Below, piece after piece: positions 27,001 to 37,974 of a stretch of DNA of 64,000 nt. The stretch comes from Marsupella aquatica (Eukaryota; Plantae; Marchantiophyta). Made by a program: the position numbers and the translations under genes. The stretch covers positions 3,115,416-3,179,415 of the forward strand of contig OZ316897.1 in the NCBI GenBank assembly GCA_973895155.1. Direction: 5' to 3'. How positions within the stretch are numbered: the first letter of the stretch is position 1; every line of letters starts with the position of its first letter. Under the pieces are notes generated by a model. That model saw only the letters and a program-made list of their open reading frames with translations, was not told where the DNA came from and ran no database searches.

Positions 27001-27838
27001 TTTCACAGTAGTGACATACTATACCACCCTCTTCAATGAACGAACCCACCACATGCTGGCCACTAAGCTTAGGGGTACCAACCCACACTTTCGAATTGCA
27101 TCTCTTCTTTCGCAAAAAATATTCACAGGACTTGTTCCTACACTCGACGAACCCAGTACAACTGACTTTACCAAACTCCCAGTGTTTTTTTGGTTGCATG
27201 TTTGCGGTCGTCGGAAAAATCCTGGTCCAAATGTAACAATCTTTGGCACAGTCCATGTCACGAAGTCTAGATCCTTTGGATTGCATTCCCACAATGGGAG
27301 GCAATTCAAATACAATATTTCCGTTGTACTTGTTTGGCAAACAAGGAACTTGATCGTGTCGAAAGTCCCCTGCCGAGATAAATCTTGACAATTCACTATG
27401 GCCGGTGGCCTTGAGTAAGGCGTCCATTGCACTCCGCCGGTAAACCTTCTGGACATCTCCGAAAGTGGCCACCGGTTCACTCTTAAGGCAACTAGAGCTT
27501 GGAGCTTTGTGCTTCTCAAGAGGATTGGGCGCAACTTCCTCATCTTCACTCTCAGATATTTCAACAACCTGGGGCGGAATGTCCTGAACAACCGATTGAA
27601 GAGGAGTAGGTCTGACATGAAGCGTGTAACGAAGTCCTACATTCATGTGCCAGAAACGTATTCCATCATCCACATCTAATGCCGCAGCTGGTTCAAGTCC
27701 TCCACTCGATGACTCCTCAGGAACAATCAACAGAATGTCATTGATTCTCAAATTGAATCTCTCGCACAGGTAGTTCTCGCTTACTTGCTTGTAAGTATCA
27801 GAAACCTGCACGGGAACTTGACGACTTCCCCGGTACAA
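24100..27838 (-). pseudogene. GCM-like domain + MULE DDE transposase + SWIM finger
   Basis: GCM-like Zn domain SCTGFVECRNKSC...CHYC...CPAR...HIGEHNHP; WVSFDVMKRV (D), FMADNAQAGW (D), DAFHFYQS, GSESRHASMK (E); SWIM CSCEDF...PCKHLY. Intron at about 25640-25882; several stops. Confidence 0.85.
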
Positions 27839-28899
27839 GCACGTGTAATAACAATTGAGCGCAACATTGTAGACAAAAGAAGTTTAGGCCAGAAGTAATT
27901 CATGCAATAGCCCAATCCCAACCGTATTTCTTGTGCTTATAACACCCCTTCAAGGACCACCGGCCGTTGAAAGAGACATTTCAATACGACATAGAACACG
28001 CACAACTTTGCGTCCGTTGAAATCATAAATGATACATTTGTCGTTTTTGCCCGTCAAGTGCGGGTTTCAGGAATATTTATTACATGAATACGACTAGATA
28101 GTAGTCTATACAAGTGCGTCCATTTCATTAGCGTCGGGCGCTACCTAAAAGCCATTGGAATAACAATGACATAATTTGAAAAGTCTTCTGACTAGCGCCT
28201 GGTGCTAGCATAATTACACACAAAATATTGATGCAAATACAATAAATTGTTACTAGCGCCAGGCGCTAGTATTGATACAATATACTTAATCTCATAATAT
28301 CAAGTAAAGTTTGGTTACTACAGGTGAAACATGTACATTTAGCAGTTTGTTGACAATATTTGTTACTTAAAAAGAACGTTAATGAAATTATTCAAATGGC
28401 TAGCGCCGGGCGCTAGCATTTGTTCACCAATAAGTTCTTCAATTTGGTAGTCCCTTATTCATTAGCGCCCGACGCTGGCATTGCATGTCTGTCTGCAAGG
28501 TGCTGAGACAATGGTAACATTTAACGGTAACTAATGTTCAGCGTGATGATCACGAAAACATTTTAGCGTAGTTCACATTAATACTTATCGCAATTTCTAA
28601 ATTGTCGCTTTCCGTCACTGATAAATTAAATTGAATCTTGTCGTTCGCAATGAGTAATGTCTCTCCAACTGATTACAAAGAGGGGAATAGCGCTCATTGA
28701 TCGGATATAATACGGATGCAACTGTTAATATGGTACGGAGAACTGGTAATTAGTCGTGAGGATTCCGTTTGTACACCTTTCATTGTAAAGATGATGGATG
28801 CAATCCCCTCCTCGTCGAGGGGGTATAGTGTGGTTGGGGATCAGGATCATGGGTATTGCGAGTCTTCTGAGTCTTCATTCTCTGGTTCAGTGTATACTC

Positions 28900-31800
28900 G
28901 TTGAGTAACGAGGTCCACCGCATCGCTTGTTCCAATCTCAAGTATTTCGTTTGCCAAACCAGCGAGAAAGAAGATGGAGAATCTTGACACATTTGCGATT
29001 CAAGATGTTTCGTTTTCCGAGACGGATCTTATTTCGAAACATGTCATGTCATTTGGGAAGGATTTCAAAGGGTTTGACAAAGAGCCTCCACGAATTCCAC
29101 TATGTCGATTGGTGCATATGGAGGTTGTCCGAACTCTACAGAAAGACAGTTCTTCCATCGACAAGCTAAAAGACTCTTTCCATAGCATGGGATACAATTC
29201 TTCGATTGGAATGAGGTTTTACGTTTAGCCTAGCGATGCTGAGGGAGCGCTTCTCACCTGTACTCAAGAAATTCGTGAGAGTTGGGATCCAATATGGATA
29301 TCTGAGAACGAGAAATTCGAGGAAGAATGTGCTACCAACCCAGATTTTCTAGTTTTGAAGGACAGAATGTTCTCAGTTTTTTACGGGAACCATAGGCTTT
29401 ACTCGTGGACTCTTGTCACTCAAGAGAGTCCCGAAAACCCAAAGTACCACCCGCGTGTGCTTTGTACTATTTTCAATGGCGATAAGGGTTCGCTGATAGA
29501 AATTGAAGCGGCTATGCACACCGTTAACCAGTAAGATACCCTTTTGTGCATAACTTCGTGAGTCATAATGAATTGTTCATTCTTTCTAGCATAACTTTCC
29601 GAGGCCATGTTTTGCGAGCGCCCGGCGCTGCTTATATGTTCTCGTTTTTGTTCTTTTATTTTAGGCTAGGACAAGCAGTTGTGGAACCCTCCTGGATCCT
29701 AGACGCCGATCAAATTAAGCGGATCTTGATGCACAACCTGGAGTACTATAGTAAGCTCATCGACCCTGCAAATTACAAGAAGTTTGAGCAGATCAGGGTG
29801 AAGACGCGAAAAGGATCTTGGTACACAAAGAAGATGCCTGAGGAGGCTCTTTTGTACATTCTATGTCAGGATAAGATTAAGTCGTATTCGAACCAGTTCA
29901 AGATTGACATGGAGTCTGCTGCGGCCCTCGGTACCCCTTGGTCGGTTAAGGAGGTTTCAAGAAGGCATGCCGTTATGATGAAGGAAGCAACCAAGGAATG
30001 GGCAGTTAAGACCTTGAAAATCACTCCTTTGTTGAGTCCAGAGTTTGAGGACTTTCTGTGTACGTGTGCAGAGATGTATGCTGTCACGGAGAGGAATAAG
30101 CAAGAGAAGAAGCCAGATACCGTGTTCTGTACCATGGACCGGGCCAGGCTTTTTACAGCTATTTCGGCTCTTGGCGCCAAGCTACGAAGTACTTTGCTTG
30201 TAGCACATTGCAATCCGGAGCTCCGGAGACAATTATTCCATCCGAATAGCGTCAGTGATGATCCAGTAAAACAGTGGTGTCACACTTGGATTACATGGAA
30301 TAATGTAGAGGGATTGCGGTGGGGATGTTGCAATGTGCTCTACGAGAGGTCCAACAAACCATTCCCGTGAATCGCTTACAAGATTGGGCATGTGAATCAT
30401 TCGAATCTCTCATTGAAATAGTTACGAATGATTTTAGGAAATACGGTGACTCTGTCAAGGGTAAGTTTTTTAATACAATGTGGCCCTCGAAGTATCCTGA
30501 CAAAGAGGATTACTCTTTGAAGAACCAGAAGCGAGAAAAACGGTATCTCTACCGTTTTTACATCCACATGGAGGCTACCAATCCTGATTACTTCTGGGCG
30601 TATCCCGCCGCCTTCCTCAAGTGGACTGTCATACCGGAGAGTAATTCTTTAGTTGAATTGTATTCTATGTATCCTGCCGAGGGAATTTTCCCAGCAAGAC
30701 CTTTGAGTGAATGGGAGAGAACCCATTGTCCATGGTACCTGGATACAGATAGATGGGACTCGCCCTTTGATCACAGAGAAAAGGATGCTTTCCATAAGCT
30801 ATCTAAGTCCTAGATCCCAGTCAACGTTGTTTCTGACATGAAGCAAGGGCTTCCGGATGATGTGGATCAATCCACAACAGAATTGCAAACAATATGCGAG
30901 ACAACAATTGTTCATGTTGACCGAAGCAGGAAGCCTCGCGCCAAAGCAAAAGCAGATACTACGGCCCCAAGTGAATCAACAAGATCTGGGAAAAAACGTA
31001 AGTATAATTTGTTTCCTTTGGTTAGCGCCCGACGCTGCTATGGCAGTCAATATCTGTCACATTGTTAGCGCCCGGCGCTGCTATGGGAGTCCAAATCTGT
31101 TACATTGTTAGCGCCAGGCGCTGTTATGAGAGTCAATGTTTTAGAAACTGAATTGGTATTTATTACTCGGAAAGGTGTATATTTAAGGCCAAGTCTTATG
31201 ATAGTTTGGCCAGCACTGGGCGTTAGCATTGTCGTTGTCTCTTTATTGACGGATATCACGTTGACATCCATTTGAACAGGGAGAAAGTCGGACGCCGTGG
31301 GGAGCAAAGATACAAAGATAGATGCCACCCCAGAGGCTTCAGAAGCCAATACCGGAGCACCATCCGATCCAATTACTCCCGCCGACAAAGGGAAGGCGAT
31401 CGCACCGGTGGATGCGACCAGTACAAGGAAGAAGAGAAAAAGGACCATTGAAGGTGGATCTTCTTCTCGAGAAAGTGCTGCTGCTGTAGGTCTTCAACGT
31501 AAAGTCGGGGACTTCAAGAGTAGACTTTCAAGGCATTGCCTTGTTGAATCTAGCATCTCAGAATTCTACGACTCAATGTTTAACAAAGGGGAGAAGCCTG
31601 ACTGGGTGAATGGTGTAGAGAAGTGGGGAAAGGATCTCATGAAGTCTGGCTTTCGAGAGAATGGCATTGTGCGTGGTGGAAAGGAGAGATTGTTTGGGGT
31701 CCACGCGGGTTTCATCTACCTTCCAAAGGGACTTAAACCATCTCTGCTAGACAAAAAAGTTCCTAAATGGAATGTCCTTGACCACACTTTGGCCACATCT

Positions 31801-32639
31801 TTCTTTCGTGGAATGGATCCATTTTTATCTGATGACGGAATGCTGGCCATTTTACATAATGGGGAATACGATCCGATGTCTCAGGTTATATCGGCTTGTC
31901 AAGATTCAAAGAAGTTTCATTGCATCTCGTCACACAATGTTGTCATGTCAGTTCCAATGTACGCGCCAAAGACTGATCGACAGTTAAATTTCTCATCGTG
32001 ACATCTGGCTTGCCGTTCAAAAATTGTCTACAAATGCATCCATTAACATACCTTGCTTGGGTTATATTACAGATCTTCACGCTGAGGCTGGACGTCTTCT
32101 CTTGAGTGTCTGAAAAAGGGAAGGTGCCAAAAGACTCGAGGTTTAGACCTCTGTCTGCCACAGAAGATCCCTCAATAACAAATTTAATTGGACTTCCCTC
32201 TCTCAAAGTCGATCCAACACCTGAGATGGAATTTGCTGGAAATGCCCGTTTGTCGGTTGGATTCATGCAATATGTGATTGAGCTCATCACTCGTCCTAGG
32301 GATATTTTCATGGATTGGACAGTGGGGTCGGGTAGCTCTTTTGTAGCTGGAGACTATTCTGGGAGGTTTGTAATTGGAGTGGAGAATAGGAAAGATTTCG
32401 TTGAGACTGGTTCCAAGGTGTTCTTAGATCTACTTTCTCCAAAGGAAGTCGAAACTTTGCCACCCCCAATTCAGCCACCCGAAAAGAAAAAGAGGGACAA
32501 GCTCCATTCTGTACTCAATTTTGACTCTGACAATGAGTCAAGTGGTGGTACAGCAGACAAAGATGAGGATGGCACACCTGAGGGGAAGGGTCAGGAACAA
32601 TCCGCTGGCCAGAGTGACAGCGATGACTCTTCCAAGTAA
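28900..32639 (+). pseudogene. ParB-like + degenerate methyltransferase-fold gene of element C (multi-exon; start uncertain)
   Basis: RIPLCRLVHMEVVRTL...DKLKDSF...FYGNHRLYSW (ParB GxxR patch at 29385-29396); C-terminal YVIELITRPRDIFMDWTVGSG...VIGVE (motif I). The motif IV position reads YLPKG. Introns at about 29531-29664, 30999-31279 and 31982-32071. Confidence 0.7.
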
Positions 32640-33819
32640 TGTTCTGAAACTTGTAAGCTTCTTTCTCCTTTCCAGTTCCTTCATGCCTTTGTGATATCCA
32701 TTCATACAATCGGTTGACAAACTTCTATTCTCACCCAGGTCCAAATGGAATACGAGAAGACGCTTCAAACTCAGAAGAAAGGTAGCTCGTTTTGAAATTG
32801 TCACTCCAGAGAAACCATTTATTTTACCCTCTTACGCTGAGAATGCTGCAAGAATGGAAGACAATCAGAGGACTCTTTGTTGGGAAAACAAAGGTCTCTG
32901 GCTACGAAGAGGAGTTGATAGAAAATTTGTCCGAAATCCTTATGTAGACGACGTTTGTAGGAGCAAGTATGTAGATGACGAGGCAGTCTCTACCGAGAGG
33001 TCATAGAGCTCCGAATTGGAATCGTCCGATTCTTAAAGAGTGTTTTCGGCTTACATTTATGTTATCTTAATCCATTTATTTATTATATTACATATGATTT
33101 GTTTACATTACATTGATAATAAAATGGATTAAATTCCTCATTTCCCTTACTAGCGCCGGGCGCTCCCCAAACGTCTATTTGTCTAATTGCGAATTTTGAA
33201 TCCTCCGTCCATTCCTTGGCCCTGCATATTTTGTCGCTACCGGAATAGTCGTCTCTTTCTCAACGGTCCTTTTTTCGTTGAACCTTTCTGTGATACATTT
33301 TTGCTGATCTCCAAACCTAAACTCTCCATTGGGTCACTCTTGCAAGTTATTTCAAACACAACCTCTCTCGAAGTCGAGTCATTTCAACAACACCGGTCTT
33401 GTCATTAGCCTCGATTGCGTTTAACAGTGCCCACCAGATGGAGAAGAAGGAGATCATGTCTTTGGAGGAGATGCTTGCCTTCTTTGCTCCTTCCAGAGTT
33501 CGACCGGACGAGAGTCACTTTAGCTCCTTCGAGTCCATTCATGGTGACACATCCAGCAAGACCTCGACCTTCCAGAATCGTTTTTCTCTTCCTTATGATG
33601 AGGCAATTAGTCCCGGGGAGAGGAACTTACCTTGGATTAACGACCGGGACACTCCGCTCGCAGTTGTTGATCGGTTTTTGTTTCATTCTCTCGTTCCTAC
33701 TGATGGTATTCAGCCTATTGAGCTACGAGTACAAGAGCGACTAGGACGTGTTGACTTCCTAGATACAAATATTCCGGACCCCGGGAATCAGAGTTCGGAG
33801 TTTCAGCGCCCCTCGTCTT

Positions 33820-34245
33820 CTTATGTGCGTCTCAGGGGTCTAGGTTTCAAGCAAAACCACAGACGTGCCAGGGCGGGCATCGACGATGACTGCCAATCGT
33901 AGAGCTAAAGTTATTCACGATGGAGATGGTTTCAGTGACACAAGCTACAGTGGCCATAGGCTTTCCATTTAAGCTAGCGCCAAGCGCTGCTTTTGTTTCT
34001 CTTGGACCGTGGGATTTCTTCTATGGGTGATTCTTATGAGCGTCTCAGGGGTCTAGGTTTCAAGCAAAACCACAGACGTGCCAGGGCGGGCATCGACGAC
34101 GACTGCCAATTGCAGAGCTAAAGTTATTCACGATGGAGATGGTTTCAGTGACACAAGCTACAGTGGCCATAGGCTTTCCATTTAAGCTAGCGCCAAGCGC
34201 TGCTTTTGTTTGTCTTGGACCGTGGGATTTCTTCTATGGGTGATT
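33820..34245 (+). repeat. About 212-bp tandem duplication in element C
   Basis: cgtctcaggggtctaggtttcaagc...tgggtgattct occurs twice; each copy carries tagcgccaagcgct. Confidence 0.9.
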
Positions 34246-35799
34246 CTAAGTTCATGTATTTCCGGCTCCATCTTTGGCCCATTTTGGATCAGCATCCCTG
34301 TTATGTGCAGCTCAGGTCAAGATAAAGCACATACGGGCCAGGGCGGGCTACATTTAAGATAGCTAGATTTAAGCTAGCGCCAAGCGCTACTTATGTTCAT
34401 GTTATGCCGTGGGTTGATTTGAAGATGATCTGCGGATGGTGTAATACCGGTTATATGTTTTGACCAATTTTGGAATTAAGGAATGCACTTTTGGATCTGC
34501 TCTCTTTTTCTTTCATGGTCATTCATTGATTCCTAGATTTGAGCTAGCGCCGAGCGCTACCTATGGTCATTGTGTTCCGTGTTTAGACGTTGATTTCTTG
34601 AGGTCCGACATTTAATGTAGCGCCCATCGCTGAAAATATTCAACGTCTGCCATTGCCTCTCTTTGTTGGAAATGCTTCAAATTGAGTTTCCTGTGTTCAC
34701 TTCTCGATTGATGTGACGGACAATCTCTTCCAGCATACTAGCGCTGGGCACTGCTAATATCCGCATGTTTTGGCAACGCCTTTTTCTAATGGTCGTTAAG
34801 TTTACTGTTCACTTCTCGATTGACGTTACGTAGAATCTCCATCTTTTTCGTTATTTTATGAATACCTAAATTTTTGCCCTTCCCTATCGGCATACTAGCG
34901 TTGTGCGCTGGCCATCACCGGTTTTCGGCAACACCTTTATTCTAATGGCCCCTACTTTCCTTGACAATTGGATGGTGGTATTGAAAACAACTGAAAATGG
35001 GGTTTATTGATGGTGTTTTTTTAACTTCTTGACCAAATAATGGAGCTCAATCCCATGTTCTTTTTTCCATTTCTCCTGGTAACAGTAACTGTTTGCTGTT
35101 ACTGTTTCCTGGTTCCTGTCGTTTGTAAATACCCCTTTGGAGGCTAAGATACTTCATATTGAGAGGTTGGATGCGATATGGGATACCCCGTATCCCACTT
35201 TGCATCCAACCTCCTTTTTCAACTAAACAGAAACAAAAACTGGACATTTGAAGGTTGAATCCCAAATGGGATACGTCGTATCCCATTTGGGATTCGTCCT
35301 CGCCATTTCCATGAAGATTCTCACCTTTTAGTCAAATCTAATTTTTGGGGAATACGAGTTTGTATAGACGGTGGGCATTCATCGAGTGGAAGAGGATACA
35401 AAGGGAGAAAAAATGAGCAGCAAATTTTCAAGCGGGGATCTTCTATTTATAGTTTTCTCCCTGACCGTGGTTAGTATTTGACTGTAGTTGCAGCGCAGTC
35501 GGTTAAATGTTACCGTTGAGAAGAATTGTTTGGGAATATTTTTAACGGGTAAACCAATATCGGCACTTTTATTGCGTTTGTTTTTTTTTTTTGGAATTCC
35601 GCGGTTGGATCCGAAATGGGATACGTCGTATCCCATCTTTGTATTTGCTTTGATTTTTCCCATTTTTCAAAACCAAAAAACTAGTTTTTAGGGGGAATAC
35701 TAATTCCGTATCCAAGATTTTTTTGCCTTAGAAACTTTTTTTTGCCGCGGGCAAAACGAGAAGTGTGGTCACACTTCTTGTTTGGTCTGTCACTGTGTT

Positions 35800-36250
35800 G
35801 TGGATGTATTGGAGGATGATGTGCATCACAACCATCCAATTTCCCCCCGCGAGGATGGTGAAAGTCCTACTTGCAAGGGGGTATTGCTAAGGTATTGCGA
35901 CGGATGCGCTCCAATTGAAGGCGTACAGGTATAGGCTGTGGCGTCCGTGGATGTATTGGACGATGATGTGCATCGCAACCATCCAATTTCCCCCCGCGAG
36001 GATGGTGAAAGTCCTACGTGTGAGGGTATTGCTTGTGTATTCAGACGGATGTGCTCCAATTGCAAGCATGGAGGTGTATGCTATGGCGTCCATGGATGTA
36101 TTGGAGGATGATGTGCATCATTGCAACCATCCAACTACCCCCCGTGAGGATGGTGAAAGTCCTACTTGTGATGGGCCCGACGGGTTGCTGGGGTATTTTG
36201 ACTTGGGAGGGGGTATTTTTGAGGTATTCTGATGGTATTTGCCAGATATA
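35800..36250 (+). repeat. About 146-bp tandem repeat that hosted the element A insertion (other part at about 5890-6011)
   Basis: tggatgtattgga.gatgatgtgcatc at 35801, 35948 and 36093; the unit continues seamlessly from 5920-6011. Confidence 0.85.
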
Positions 36251-37677
36251 TGTGCGCAGATTGGAGGCATCCAGGGGTCCACTGTGTGCCATCCGTGGAT
36301 CTTGTGTGCCGGTATTTTGCAGGTATTTCGGGGATGTAGTGTTATTGGAGGCGTACATGGGAGGTGGATCCGTGGAAAAATTCATGGATACTTGGGGTTA
36401 CTTCATTCAAATTGACAAACATACAGATTTGACAATGTTTGATTATTAAGGAGCGCGCGCACAAGTCACACATCTAGACATATATAAACCCCAAGCCCCT
36501 TCACCAGACAATGTTCTAGGTATCTGACTACCTCAGTCTTCAGCAACATTCTATACAGCATTCTCGGGGAAGATCCTTTGCTTGCCTTCCGCATTGAGAA
36601 CTGGTAGATCTCTAATGATTACTCTGTTCTGCTCTAGAGCCCACCTGGCCACCATGTCTAATAACTCAGACGCAGTCTTCTGAGCATGTTTGGTGAATGG
36701 TTTGGGGGAAGTCTTTGATCGCTTGTTTGTATCTGCAACAAACATGCACAGCTTGGCGTCCAGGCACTTCACATGTCTTCATCAATCCCATGGCTCTCAT
36801 GCAGACCACTAATTTGGTGTCTTTAGTGAGTGTGTCAAAGTCCTGCAAAAGTTTCAGAAAAATACTAGGGTGGATGTTTAAAAGCACAACAACGGCCCCT
36901 CACATCCAAAAACAACTTACACAGCATATGATGCTGAACAGGATTTTTATATATGTTTACGTAGTGCGTCTGAACTATATATGTACTTACTATGTTTGAG
37001 TCTTCAGCAACGTGTGATTTGCCACTTAACCTGCTCCTCCCGCTGCTCCTAGTTCCTTGCGCGCATGGAACTTCTGCCTTGTTTTCCTGAACATATATAT
37101 AAAATGGGCAGATCATGAAACCTTAAGACCATTATGTTCTACCTCCACCTCATTATACACAAATGAATCGTACTTTAAATGAATCTATTACTTTAAACAA
37201 AGAACATCTTGAACCGACGGAATGTGTAATCATACCATGTTCTTGCGAGTCAACAACCGTTGTCGTGCATCCTCCTGTACTTTTGTTGAAATTGCCCTAA
37301 ATGAAGGTACATTTTCTTTGCCTGGATTTGGAACCTTGCCTCACTGTGTTCTTGTTAGGGGTGAATTGAGGTTACCAATGCTTCCAAGGACTCCATCTTG
37401 TTCTTTGTCTTTCTCAATCTTTACCTACCATAGCGCAAATCATCAATCAAGTCTCAAAAGTAGCTCTAAGAAACTTTTCAAGCATTGCAGTTTACAGTAG
37501 TACGAGGGGAACTGATCACATTATATCCACCTACAGAATGAAATATTACACGTTTAGATTTGTACCTTGTACAAGAGAGGGTTGTTTTCGTCTACAGTAT
37601 TGCTGTCAACTTTTTGCCTCTTTACCTATGGAATAAGTACATACCGTAAACAGATTGAATTAGTATTGTCACTGTGC

Positions 37678-37974
37678 CTCGGGGGTTTCACTTCCACAAA
37701 AATGGCATATCACGTGTGACGAAGGATAGGGTCATTTTATTGGTTCTAAGGGAAGACTTAAGAATTTTTGTAGAAGAACAATAGGGTCTTTTAAATTCAA
37801 ATTTGAGACTTATAAGATCATTAGGGTCTTTTTAATCCAATTTTTAGAATATTCCAAGAATATTCCAACTTTATAGGGGTTAAAAAATAAATTTGTATTC
37901 TTACATTTTAGGGGGTCCGAGGCCTAAAAACGTCGCAGGCGATGGGGAGGTCCCCATATAGTGAGACCCCCGAG
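37678..37974. mobile_element. 297-bp MITE
   Basis: TIR CTCGGGGGT(T/C)TCACT; 8-bp TSD CACTGTGC; near-identical to 49263-49559. Confidence 0.93.

Larger units (their letters stand above)
23366..35135. mobile_element. Element C: 11.8-kb Mutator-like element (short degenerate TIRs) nested in A
   Basis: 9-bp TSD TTTGGAGGC at 23357-23365 and 35136-35144; ends GGGTAT...ATACCCC; inverted subterminal gacaggaa.c..gaaacagt...tgttaccagg; encodes a MULE transposase. Confidence 0.9.
6012..35799. mobile_element. Element A: Sola-like (DDD) cargo DNA transposon, about 11.2 kb after removing the nested copia and MULE
   Basis: 35-bp TIR AACACAGTGA..GACCAAAC.AGAAGT.TGACCAC (4 mismatches). TSD GTGG at 6008-6011 and 35800-35803. 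The empty site ggcgtccGTGGatgtattgg is visible in the neighbouring repeat unit at about 35940. Confidence 0.93.

Noticed and set aside
18503-32639. Bacterial contamination or prophage as the source of the ParB/MTase genes
   Set aside because: The genes have spliceosomal introns and lie inside TSD-flanked eukaryotic transposons contiguous with a plant gene.
23222-35295. About 110-bp direct repeats at 23222-23335 and 35178-35295 as LTRs
   Set aside because: No TG...CA, PBS or retroelement genes. They are adjacent tandem units of element A split by the MULE insertion.
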